Source of the DNA: Gracilinanus agilis
Lineage: Eukaryota
Direction: 5' to 3'
Length of the DNA: 64,000 bases
Assembly (NCBI RefSeq): GCF_016433145.1
Contig: NC_058135.1
Coordinates: 240,210,021-240,274,020, forward strand
The notes under the pieces were generated by a model, which made no database searches, had not been told where the DNA came from, and saw only the letters and a list, made by a program, of their open reading frames with translations. Position numbers and translations under genes: made by a program. Below, in pieces: positions 24,841 through 36,489 of this stretch. Position 1 is the first letter of the stretch; the number at the start of each line of letters is the position of its first letter.

Positions 24841-25600
24841 TCACTACTGACGTAGTGGATAGAATACGGTACTTGTCATTAGGAAGATTTGGACCTAAAT
24901 CTCGCTATAGAGAATATTTATTAACTGTGTGACCTTGTGCAAAACATTTATACTCCTTGTGCCTCAGTTTCCTTCTCTATAAAATAGGAAAATAGTAGCA
25001 TCTACCTCACAGGGTTGTGATGAGACTCAAAATGAGATCACATATATAATGTGCTTTATAAACTTTAAAGAGTCTTTATAAATGTGAACTAAAGTTCTTA
25101 TAATCCTTTCCCAAGACAGCCTTTTAAGCCTTTAGGGATCATAATCGCATGCCCCCTCAAAGCCTTTTCCTTGTCAGGCTAATTAACGTTCAACCAAGGA
25201 TAAGGTTTTCAGTTCAGAGTCACAAAATTGTGGTCAGGGACAGGAGAGGGAGCATGAAGACAATACCGAGTTCTCGTTGTAAGGTTGCTTGACCCTAAAG
25301 AAAGATCTGTCGATCTTTAAGCATCTCTGTTCCTACTGGGTCTTGTCTTTGCCTTCTACCTAGAAAGAATATCAGAGGAGTTAGTGCTGTAAAGGCCCCT
25401 ATTATATAGCATCTCATCCATCTCTCCCATTTAACAGATGAGGAAACTGATGTTTAGATCAGTAAAGGGATCACCCAGATCTACACATGCAGTAAGTGGT
25501 AGAGATAAGATTCGAATTCAGATTTTCTGGTTCCAAGTGCAGTGTGGTCCTCATTATATCTCAATGACTCTCTCATTCCTTGGGTACCAGGCTCTGAATC

Positions 25601-25614
25601 ATTGCCATGGCAAC
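25601..25614. promoter_or_regulatory. RFX X-box motif (ATTGCCATGGCAAC)
   Basis: 13/14 match to the palindromic X-box GTTGCCATGGCAAC. Motif match only. Confidence 0.5.
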
Positions 25615-25961
25615 CTGAAACAACAGGGAAGGCAAAATACCATTAGGGTTTGGGGCTTATGCTACTACTAAATCAAAGGTACCTAGAAACCAGAGAAGCA
25701 AGGAGTAAGAAAAAGGAGACTAGAATCCAACCATGAAAAGGTGGAGGTCCACAGGCGAGCAACACTGTATATCTTGTCATACTTTTTTTGATGTATTGAT
25801 TAGTTTTGTTGATATTTGTGCTTTTTCCCTTTTCCTTTAAAAATTATTTATGATAAGGGATGGCTCTCTGAAAGGAAGAGGGAGGAGGATATAGGGAAAT
25901 TTTAAACAATGGTAAGACAAAAGGCATTGATAAAAAATGTATTCTTTATAAAGAATACAAC

Positions 25962-26521
25962 TGTAAACCAGAATGAGGCCATCGATCAGGGTCCCAAGGC
26001 CCAACCTACACAGAGTTGATGGACTGGGAGAAGAGTAAGAATTTAAACCTAAGGAGAGTACACAAGCCATCAGCATGTATTCGAATGAACTGTCCCTATG
26101 AAATGTTGTTTATAAAACCAACTCTCCTGAGATGAAGCCTATTTTCCCAGTGACTTTTTTTATATGTTCTTCTCTAAGCAAAGGAAAAAAAAGGTTCTTG
26201 CTTCTGAAATCTTTCCTCGACTCCAAGGTGCAACAAAGATTCTCCTTACACAAGATTCAGACTCTAGGTTAGTGGACCTTACAATGGAGTGATGGAGAGG
26301 AGATGCCAACTCAACTCCAGGCCCAAGGCTCAGGTGTTTGCTGGTCAAAGAACCCATGGGTGAAGATCCCTGAAAGCTATTGACAAGTGGTAATTCAACA
26401 CCTAAGCACTTGGCAGTTGGCCCTCCATATCAGTCTCCCAGGGGAAATCTCCAAGGGGGAATGGCTGCTCCCATTTCAACCTGCATAATAAAGTTTATCA
26501 GTACTCCCTGGTGATCTTACA
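25962..26521 (+). mobile_element. Candidate old solo LTR (560 bp)
   Basis: TGTAA...TTACA inverted ends and AATAAA at 26487-26492, about 30 bp from the 3' end. The 4-bp flanks CAAC/TAAT match at only 2 of 4 positions. Confidence 0.45.
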
Positions 26522-27029
26522 TAATCAAGAAAAAAGACATCTGGCAGCTCTCTTTTGCCTTGGATTTCATTTTACCAGACTTCTGGTTTCTTCTCCTGGC
26601 ATGCTACCTATGTATGGAAGGAGACCCAAACTCTATAAAGGAAGAAAGAAAGGGAAATTTGTTGAGTTAAAGAATAGATGAATGAATAAATAAATGAATA
26701 AGATGGACAGTTATTGATTCCAGTGATAATTCTCTGACCCTAAGGCATCTTCCCCATAAAACTAAACCACCCCAAAAGGTGATTAATGTATAATCGTAGA
26801 ACCCAAGTCATCGTACTTTGCTGAGAACAGGAAGTACCAGAGATTCAGAGAAAGTAAAAAATGTGGTCTCTGCTCTTTCTGCTCAATAACAACTACTGCT
26901 ACCACCACCACACAAAGAGCGTTCCCTCTCTTGCTCATTACTTGCCCTGATGACACTGCCTTCCTGGATGTCCCATTTCCATGTTTTGACTCTGGGCACT
27001 TTTTCTGCCTGTTTGTCATGCTCTTTGGA

Positions 27030-27340
27030 GAACCTGGAATACTGCCCCTCCTTCCCCCTGACTAATGGCTTTTCTACATTCCTTTAAGTCCCAACTAAAA
27101 GGCTACCTTCTCTAGGAAGCCTTCTCCAGCCCCTTTCATTCCAGTGTCTTCTCTCTGATCATTAATTCTTGTTCATCCTATATATAACTTGCTTTGTATA
27201 GATTTGTTTGCATGCTGACTCCCCCATTAGATTGTAAGCTTCTTGAAAGCTTGTCTTTTGCTTCTTTTTATATCCCTAGCACTTAGTACAGTGCCTAGCA
27301 TACAGTAGGCAATGAATAAATGTTTATTGTTTGACTGAGA
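27030..27340 (+). mobile_element. L2 3' end
   Basis: 'cccccattagattgtaagcttcttgaaagc...cctagcacttagtacagtgcctagcatacagtaggcaatgaataaatg'. Confidence 0.82.
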
Positions 27341-27457
27341 ACTGATGTCAGGAAAACTTGAGTTCAAATCCTGCCTCAAACACAGTCATATGGCCCCAGG
27401 CAATCATTTAATGTCTCTCAGCCTCCTTTTTCTCTTCTGTAAAAGGGGGACAAAAAT

Positions 27458-27710
27458 AGGCAGTTAGGTGGTATAGTGGATAGAGTACTGGGTCTTGAAT
27501 CAGGAATCCCTGAGCTCAAATCTGCCTTCAGACACTTACTGGCTAGATGTTCTTGGGTGAGTCATTTAACCTTGTTTGCCTCAGTTACCTCATGTGTAAA
27601 ATGAGCTTGAAGAGGAAATGACAAAGCATGTTGATACCTTTGCCAAGAAAACTCCAAATGGGATCTTGAAGAGTTGCACAGGACTGAAACAACTGAATCA
27701 CAACAAAATG
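27458..27710 (+). mobile_element. MAR1-type SINE
   Basis: Head, core and MAR1 tail ending in 'caacaaa'. Confidence 0.78.
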
Positions 27711-27939
27711 GGAACAATAATATTTGCCCCATGAGTGGTTTTCATGAAGTTGGTTGAGATAATATAGGTAAAGCCCTTGGTAAACTTTAAAATGGTATAA
27801 ACTATTAACTACTGGGGCTTTTATTGTTGGGAGGTGTTCATTGCTGAGGCTTATGTCAGCGTTGACACTGAGTTTCATGACCTTCAGTGTATTACTGGGA
27901 AATCTTTCTATCTTTTTGGTCAATTTTGTCAGGTTCACC

Positions 27940-28290
27940 TCCATAACAGTCCTTGCATCCACTCCCTTTCTCTCCATTTATAGACCATCACCCTAACTCA
28001 GGCATTCTCACTCCTTATCTGGACCATTTCATTAGCTCTCCAATTTATCTTCCATATATCCACTGTCCCAGCCCTAATCTAACCCTTTACACAGCTGACA
28101 AATTGACATTCCTAAAGCATCAGTCTTACTGCCCCTCCTCTGCTCAAAAAACTTCAGTAGCTCCCTATTGTCCCTAGGATAAGATGCAAAATCTCTGTTT
28201 GGCATTTAAAACCACCACCACCTGACTTCAGCCTATCTTTCCAGACTTATTTCATATTATTCACCTTCATGCATTCTATGTTTCCTGGCA
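27940..28290 (+). mobile_element. L2 ORF2 3' relic
   Basis: 'ctcctctgctcaaaaaacttcagtagctccctattg...ctctgtttggcatttaaa'. Confidence 0.75.
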
Positions 28291-28840
28291 ATTCCGATAA
28301 GTACAAGTGGGGAGACTTGGGGAGTGAGAAGTTGCCAGAGTCCTGCCTGTTTTTTAATGTTCTACAGTCTATTTACGACAAGCCCCTAGGGAGTTCCTGC
28401 CTGCCTATTCTTATACCTGACAGAGCACTGGGACACCAGCTCCATTAAGGCTGCTCCTGAGGCAGACAGGAAAGGAGAAAGCTGATGTTTACAGTAGCCC
28501 TCCCAGTGGATCAGGTGCTGGAAGCATTGAAGACATAGGCAAAGGTTTCATTTTTTAAAGTGGAAATCTAAGCAGCCCTGGATAAGTACCTTCCAGGCTC
28601 CTGCCTCCTTTCCATCTGCTACCAAGTTTCATCTTCCTTCCTCCTGTTGCCCAACCCTTGATCAGAATCCCCTGCCTTGGTCTTAGAGAGGGACTAGATA
28701 ATGGAGGACTAGAGTTCTGAGAATGGAGATGTTGGGGGCTCCTCTACTGGACCAATAATGCTTATCTTGGGGTCTGAGCCCTCCATAAACAACATGGACT
28801 CCCCAGGTGATTTCATAATAGCTATGCCAATCCTTTAGAG

Positions 28841-29046
28841 CAGGGGTCGGCAACCTTTTTGGCCGTGAGAGCCATAAACGCCACATTTTTTAAAATGTAA
28901 TTTCGTGAGAGCCGTACAGTGCTCACAGTGTGCGCTCCTGTAACAGTGCCTGAAAAAAATTGACTTAATGGATCCTGCAGAAAGAGCCATATCTGGCCCT
29001 CAAAAGAGCCAGATATGGCTCGAGAGCCACACTTAGCCGACCCCTG
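28841..29046 (+). mobile_element. hAT/Charlie MITE, family D, copy 1 (206 bp)
   Basis: TIRs CAGGGGTCGGCAAC and TTAGCCGACCCCTG. Perfect TSD CTTTAGAG (28833-28840, 29047-29054). Many CpGs are retained. Confidence 0.95.
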
Positions 29047-29157
29047 CTTTAGAGCCAAGGAGATCTACCCTGTGAAGAAGGACTGAAACTGGACTGCCCA
29101 GGATAAAAAGTGAAATTCATCTGGAAGAACCAATCAGAGAAAGTCGCCTAATGCTGT

Positions 29158-29288
29158 NNNNNNNNNNNNNNNNNNNNNNNNNNNNNNNNNNNNNNNNNNN
29201 NNNNNNNNNNNNNNNNNNNNNNNNNNNNNNNNNNNNNNNNNNNNNNNNNNNNNNNNNNNNNNNNNNNNNNNNNNNNNNNNNNNNNNNN
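29158..29288. other. Assembly gap (131 N)
   Basis: Run of N. A second single N lies at 29664. Confidence 0.99.
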
Positions 29289-30108
29289 CTCTCTCCTCTA
29301 TTCTGATAATTACTCTCCTTATGATTCCTTTGTTCTCCTTCTCATGGGCAACTAGGTCACACAGTGAATAGAGCACTGAGCCTGGAATCCTGAATTCAAA
29401 TTCAGCCTCAAACACTAGCCAGGTGACTCGGGGCAAGTCATTTGATCCTCTTTGCCTCAGTTTCCTCATTTCTAAAAAATGAGTTGGAAAAGGAAATGGT
29501 GTCCCACTTCAGTGATTTTTGTTAAGGAAACCCCAAATAAGATCACTAAGAAGCAGGCATGACTTAAAAATGATATGAAATTTTCTTTCGCTCTCTGACT
29601 GTCCTTAGTATTCTTTCATATTCCTCCTCTATTCAACAGAAGATTACACTATATCACTCCTTANTCTCTCTCTCTCTCTCTCTCCCTTCCTCCCTCCCTC
29701 CCTCCCTCTCTCTCTCTCCACTTCCTCCCTCCTCTCTCTCCTCTATTCTGATAATTACTCTCCTTATGATTCCTTTGTTCTCCTTCTCATGGGCAACTAG
29801 GTCACACAGTGAATAGAGCACTGAGCCTGGAATCCTGAATTCAAATTCAGCCTCAAACACTAGCCAGGTGACTCGGGGCAAGTCATTTGATCCTCTTTGC
29901 CTCAGTTTCCTCATTTCTAAAAAATGAGTTGGAAAAGGAAATGGTGTCCCACTTCAGTGATTTTTGTTAAGGAAACCCCAAATAAGATCACTAAGAAGCA
30001 GGCATGACTTAAAAATGATATGAAATTTTCTTTCGCTCTCTGACTGTCCTTAGTATTCTTTCATATTCCTCCTCTATTCAACAGAAGATTACACTATATC
30101 ACTCCTTA
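29289..30108 (+). repeat. Identical 375-bp direct duplication (29289-29663 and 29734-30108) containing a MAR1 SINE; probable assembly artefact
   Basis: No differences seen between the copies. Copy 1 is bounded by the N-gap and a lone N. Confidence 0.9.
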
Positions 30109-31029
30109 ATTCTTGCTCACTTTCTCATATCCTCCAGATGACTTCCTCACCCTTCTGGTTAGGCCCCTCCCTCTTCTGATTGCTCATTTGCTTTCTGTAG
30201 GCCATGCCCTCTGGAGAGTGATGTTCTCAGCAGCCCTTTTCTCTTATTCTTTCAGCAGTTTTCAAGGTGCCTGAAGCTGCACATTCCCTGGACTTTCAAG
30301 GGCTATAAAGAGGCATTGCTGGCCCAATGATACCTCCCATTACAGGAGCTGATTGGTAATCGGTACTGACTGTTCCCATCAACCAGCAGACTGAATCCAC
30401 AGGAGAGGGAGAACATAGCTGAAAAGCCTGGGGGCAGCAGACTGAAAGCACAAAGCCATATGGTGTGGATGTTTCAGAACAATGCTGTGTGGTCCTACTT
30501 CAAACATATGGAAATAACTCCTTGCTATTAAAAAAAATGTTGCCTAGTCTTCCTTCCTTCTTACTACTTTGGTATCATCCAAATGTGGATGTGATGGAGA
30601 GTTAGGGTCATAAAGATAGAAATGGAAGGTACCTTTGAGGCCATTTGGTTTCACCCCTCATTTCACTCTTGAGGAAACCAAATTGGAAAGAGGCAACATG
30701 TCCTTCTTGAGATCACTTAGCTCATGAGTGAGTAAGCAGAGCCAGAAGCTGAATTCGGGTCCCTGGACTCCAAATCTAGTATTCTTCCCACTCCGCTACA
30801 AGTCACACACAATATGTAAATATAATCCTTAGGTTGTATTATTCCATTACCATAGATAACATCTGATGAGGAAACTCTCCCAGCTCCAAGTGTTGCTAGC
30901 TAATCTTAGAGAGTTTCTTGAAGCACAGAGATAAAGAGCCTTGTTTAATGTCAGAGAACCAGTAGGTGTCAGAAGTAGAACCTTTCTTACTTCCAGGACC
31001 CACCATCTACTCCACCACATTGTAATAGT

Positions 31030-31390
31030 GAATTGTATTCCTAGAAGGATCATACTCAGGACTAGGAAAAGTATGGCTCTTCTTTCCCCTGCCTTAGTCT
31101 GGTCATATCTGGGATGTTGTGCTCACTTTGGGGGAACCACATTTTAGGAAAAACATTGAGAGAGGACTTTTCAGAGAGCAATTGAAATTGTGAGGGGGTA
31201 TGGAGGCCATTTCATGTAAGCTCTGGTGATAGGAACTGGGGCTTTTTGGTTTAGAGAAGAGAAGGCTTAAGGAGGACATGATAGCTACCTTCAAATATCT
31301 GAAGGTCTATCATGTGAAATAGGGATTAGCCTTCTGCTTGGCCTCAAAGGGTAGAATTAATGGGCAACAGAGAGGAGCTGATGGAAAGGA
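31030..31390 (+). mobile_element. CR1/L3 ORF2 3' relic
   Basis: 'ccacattttaggaaaaacattgag...gtttagagaagagaaggcttaaggaggacatgatagctaccttcaaatatctgaagg'. Confidence 0.8.
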
Positions 31391-31399
31391 TATTTTGTG

Positions 31400-31860
31400 T
31401 GTTTGTTCCTTACCTTAAAGTTCCCAGGTGGCTCTCCCCTCCCTCCCCACTCCACTAAAGAAGGCATCATTTGACAAAAAGATACACGTATATATAAAAC
31501 TACATCTTGCTTATTTCTATTTACAAGTTCTTTCTTTGGAGGCAGACATATACAAGTTATTCTTCAAATAATTTTTTCTGATGCTGTATATAAGGTTCTC
31601 TTGGTTTTGCTTGTTCCACTCTTCATAGTTTTGTACAGGTCTTCTCTGTTTCTCTTTCAATTAAACTGTTCTTCATTTCTTATAGCATAGTAGTTTTTCA
31701 CCACAATCATATGCCATTAAAGTATTCAGTCATTCTCCAATTGATGGTCATCCCCTTAATTTTCAGTTCTTTACTACCACAAAGAGATGCTATAAATATT
31801 TTAGGACATATAGGTTCTTTCCCTTCTTCCCCAATCACCTTGAAACAGACCTAATATTGG
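31400..31860 (-). mobile_element. Old L1 ORF2 C-terminus and 3'UTR relic
   Basis: 'catttcttatagcatagtagtttttcaccacaatcatatgcc...tctccaattgatggtcatccccttaattttcagttctttactaccacaaagaga'. Confidence 0.72.
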
Positions 31861-31998
31861 AAAGGGTATTAAACTGGGAATCAGACAAAATCTAAGTCTC
31901 AGTCCTCATTTTTTCCAACTACAATATAATCTTGGGTAATTGACTTACTTTCTATTAATAGGCTTCCTACACTGTAAAATGAATGGACTGAACTAGGT

Positions 31999-32205
31999 CT
32001 GTGTTAGCAAACCCATGGCACACGTGCCAGAGAGGGCTGCTCCTTTCCCCCTCTCCATGTGCACCTAAGGACATTTCTCACATCACCTACCCCTCTGCCC
32101 AGAAGCCAAATGGTCCCTCCCCTGTCTGGGGCAAGACAGAGGGCTCACATATGGTGTGAGGGTTGCAGTTTGGGCACTCATTCTCTAGAAGATTCACCAT
32201 CACTG
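31999..32205 (+). mobile_element. hAT MITE, family B short form (207 bp)
   Basis: Ends CTGTGTTAGCAAACC and GATTCACCATCACTG. TSD AACTAGGT/GACTAGGT. Shares the internal 'acccctctgcccag' segment with 2575-3088. Confidence 0.85.
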
Positions 32206-32349
32206 GACTAGGTTATTTCTAAGTATTAAGATTTTCTAGCTAGATCCCATAACCCACCTTTCTAAAATATTGTATGCATATATATTATATGTGTATATGT
32301 GTATATAGATATACATACATATGTATTTATACACTCACACACAAACACA

Positions 32350-32525
32350 CACCCCTTAACTTCTTAGAATCAATATTGTGTATTTGTTCTAAGACATAAG
32401 AGTAGTAAGGGCTAGGCATTTGGGGTTAAATGACTTGCCCAGGGTCACATAGCTACATAGCTAGGAAGTGTCTAATATCAAATTTGAACACAGAACTTCC
32501 TGTCTCTAGACTGGACTCTCAACCC
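32350..32525 (-). mobile_element. SINE1_Mdo-like SINE
   Basis: 'ccccttaacttcttagaatcaatattgtgtatttgttctaag...gggtcacatagct'. Confidence 0.78.
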
Positions 32526-34015
32526 ACTAATGCATGTATATATATATATGTATATTTTAACATATATTTTTAACATAATGCTTGATAATCTCAATTCCCT
32601 AGCATTCAAACTTCTTGCAGGCATAACCCTGCCCCATAAAGTTTCTTCAGCCCACCCTAGAGGTGTTTCATCCTTATTTATTTTTGTTGTCCCTAAGGCA
32701 ACCAGGAATTCAAGCACTTCTAGGGACAGAATAAAAGTTCAGGCCAAGATTCTCAATAGTCTGTGGTCTGGGGTTTGTTGTTTGAATATGCTGGTTGAAG
32801 TGTTTGCACTAAGAAAGGAAAAGGTTTAACCAACACAAAAGCAGCCGTTTCTTTTTTAATTACCAGCTCCCATTAGAAAACCTCAGGTTCATTGCAGTTG
32901 CATTAGTGGCTCCCCCATCACACAAAGGCTTGCCCACAATGAGATCCCCCCTTGACCCTGAAATCTGATTCCAGATTCTGCTCTGTCTACAGTCTCCTTC
33001 CCTTCTTCTACTATAATTTCAGGGTGACACTCTGTGACTCTCCAGACACATCTAATGAGAAGCATACTTTAATCCTTGGCACCCTTAACAAGTGCTGAAT
33101 TACAGAGTAGCATCTCCATGTAAAGTCAGGCAGGCCTCCCTGGATCAGTGTTATCAGTTACCTTTCCAATTTTATCTACCGTTAACTCCCCTCCTGGGAA
33201 TAGCCATAGCAGGCACCTACTGTTCTCTGATGATACCCGATAGTTTCCTACCTTTGAGTCTTTGCTCATGCTGTTTCTACTGCCTTAGATGCCTTCCTCC
33301 CCCGCCTCAGTTCTGCCTAGCCAATTTCTACTCATCCTTCAAGACCCAAGACCCAGTATCACCTCTTCTAAGAAACCTTCCCTAATTCCCCCAGACAGAG
33401 GTGATTTCTCTTTCCTGAACTCTCATAGCCCTTTGAATCTCTTTGGGCATTTATCATGATTTAGTTATATTAAAGTTATTTCTAGGTGAATGCTATATTT
33501 CCACCAATTAACTATAAGATCCATAAAGACAAGATATCTCCAGTAGTACCAAGCATATGGCCTGAGAGAATAAAGCAACGAACCACATCAAATGGAAAAG
33601 AAATATGTGTCAGAAATTAGGGATGCTTCCATACTAGTGGATAGATTTCTGTAATTAATAGTCTAGAGATGCTGGCCCTTTATATACAGAAAGGTGTTTT
33701 CATAGTGTCTTGGCATTAAAATCAAAGGTCTTTGAGTCCTCACTCCACTAACCACTAACTGTGCAAACCAGAGCGGATCACTTCATTTCTCTAAGGGAAT
33801 AGTTTCCCCTTATTTAAAATAGGGATAATAATACTTTCATTAGTCAATCAGTTACGCTCAGGTATTAAGCATTCACCATGTGTCAAATACTGTGATAAAT
33901 GCTGGGGATACCAAAAATAGAAACAAAATTTGATCCCTGCCCTCAAGGAGCTCACATTCCAATGGGGAAGAAAACACACAAATAGCTCTAGACATACAAA
34001 ATACATAAAGCATAA

Positions 34016-34207
34016 GGGGTAGCTAGGTTGCTCAGTGGACAGAGAGCCAGGCATGGAGACAGAAGGTCCTGGGTTCAAATCTGATAGCAGATACTTCCTA
34101 GCTGTGTGACCCTGGGCAAGTCACTTAACCCCAACTGCCTAGCTTTTACTGCTCCTCTTCTTTGGAACTGATATTGATTCTAAGACAGAAGGTAAGGGTT
34201 TAAAAAA
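34016..34207 (+). mobile_element. SINE1_Mdo-like SINE inserted in an L2 3' end
   Basis: Full head-to-tail copy ending 'gattctaagacagaaggtaagggtttaaaaaa'. Confidence 0.88.
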
Positions 34208-34529
34208 TAGAGAGAATAGATGGGCAGGTCGTCTCTGAGGGTAAGACACTAGAAACGGGGGAAGATGGGGAAACAGGAAAAATCTCTTGCCAAAAGCATT
34301 TGAGGTATTTGAGCTGCATCTTGAAGGAAGGCAGAGAAGCCAGGAGGCTGAGCATTCCAGCATGAAGAACAAGCAGTGAGAAGGAATAAGGACAGGAGAT
34401 GGAATGTCATGGTCAAGGAAAACAAGGAAAGGCCAATGTCCCCGGATCAGAGTTTAAGTGGAAGAGAATAAAGTAAAAGCACAAGATTATTGTGACTCAA
34501 GTTGTCGATAACCCATAAAGGAACAGGAT

Positions 34530-34830
34530 AAGGACTGGACCTGTGGTTATGCTGGTATAGAGAGCTCCATGGTAAGGAAACTCTAAGCATGCAGGTTGAA
34601 GTGTTTGCGCGAAGAATGAAAAAAAGGTTTAATCATGATGGAAAGCAGCAGTTTCCTTTTTAATTACCAGTTCCCATTAGAAATCTCATGTTCTAATGGC
34701 TTCTTTGTAATTTACAATCTAAAGAGAGTTGCCTAGAGCTCTGGGATGTTAGATGACTCACCCAGGGTTACACATTCAGTATGAGTCAGAAGCAGAACTT
34801 GAAACTAGCTGTTCATGTATCTGAGGCTGA
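34530..34830 (-). mobile_element. MIR3-like core-SINE with an internal foreign insert (34589-34703)
   Basis: Flanks 'ggacctgtggtt...ggtaaggaaactc' and 'tttgtaatttacaatctaaagagagttgcc...gactcacccagggttacaca' align with the uninterrupted copy at about 46922-47130. Confidence 0.72.
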
Positions 34831-36489
34831 TTTTGTTTGGCATTCAAAGCCCTTTAAAACCCAGCCCCATCCTCCTTTCCAGTCTTCTTACACCTTATTC
34901 TCCATCATGTATTCTTCCATCCAGTGTTGCTGGCTTCCTTGCTGTTCTTCAGTCTCTTAGCTCTGGGTCTCTTGGACTGTCCCCCATGCCTGGAATTTTC
35001 TCTATCCTAATCTCTGCCTACTGGCTCCCCACTATTCTACCATTTACAGGCATAAGAAACTTTGGCCAGTCAATAGCAATTCCTATAATGGTGCTAGACC
35101 CTAGACAGCCCCTAAAGCAGAAGTAAAGGAAGCTATTATGAATTAACCCCCTACTCTGTTGACATGAGAAAAAGCTAATCCTCAGACCAGGAGAGATTCT
35201 GATAATAGAGCAAGCTAATCTTGAGACCAAAGGTAAATCTGCTAATGGGAGAGGGACCTCTCCTTAATCCAGTAGCATCCTTGATAGAACACTTGAAACT
35301 TAATGTAATCTAAGGTATAATTACCCATCCAAGAGGGTGTTTTCTTCAAAGCCAGCATATTCTACTCCAGTCATTTCAACATCACTGACAATGACCAGTT
35401 TTTTTCTGGATTACTAAAATTTACTATCTATAGTGACTCATTGACTATAGTTAATGAAGGAAGTCAAATGGGAACTTGTTCTCCAACTGGAGCTAGAGCC
35501 TTTATGAATTTATCTTGCAAACGAATTAGAGGAACATGTCCTTAAAGGCAAAGCCCATGATTCTATCTTTCCTTCCACCCTCGCCATCTCCCTGAGAAGG
35601 GATTTCTTTCTTTACAAAGGTTACTCCTTGGCTGTGGAGAACTGGGAACCCCAGAACACTCAAATATGGGACTTGTCTAGTCCAATTCTCATCAGGAGCT
35701 GCCATCTCTAGCAAACTAACCATTTCAGGCCAAATCTCCAATGTTTGCTGCATTATTCCAAATAAAAATGTGTGCCTCTGGTGATCCCGATTCTCCAGAT
35801 TCATGAGCTCATGCATGACACAAACTCCTCACACCACTGCCAGAAGCTCTGACCTAGGGAAGACACCCAAACTCACACACAGAATTAGTTTTTGAAATTC
35901 TTTTTAAAAATCTAAGATACTATAGTGTTCCATAGGTTATTACAGCCTTTACAAGAATCACAACCCCTCTGAAAAAGTTAGCTAGTGGTGCAGAAGTTGT
36001 AGTGGTGTGTCTGTTGTGGAATTTTCAGGTTAGCCATGCAGGAAACCTTAATTGTTGCTCAAAAGTAAGGAAGGGAGGAGGTTTATTATTACACATGAGC
36101 ATGGGACCCAGAAGGGACCTTTCCTCAAAGTTATGGGCCCTGAGGTAAGGGACTTTGAGTATTTTATAGATTACATACCCAATCAGGGGTTTCTATGGGC
36201 TTCCATGATATACACAAACAAGAGTTTCCATGAGTTATAAACACAAACATGATGGGCAAGTACAGGGCATCAGAACATAGGAAAGGACAGATATACATCA
36301 TAGTTTTGTTAAGTCATAGCATGGGGAGTAATAGTGCCCATGAAGTGGAACCACTGCTTTGTTCTAGCAGGTGCAAAGGAAGGAGGACTGTGTGACCCTG
36401 GGCAAGTCACTTAGCCTCAGTTGCCTAGGCCTTATTGCTCTTCTGCCTTAGAATCAATATTTAGTATCATTTCTAAGAGAACCAGCAAG

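Noticed and set aside
29134-29914. Two identical ORFs (MRKLRQRGSNDLPRV...) suggesting a gene duplication
   Set aside because: They are antisense reads of a MAR1 SINE within a probable false duplication at an assembly gap.
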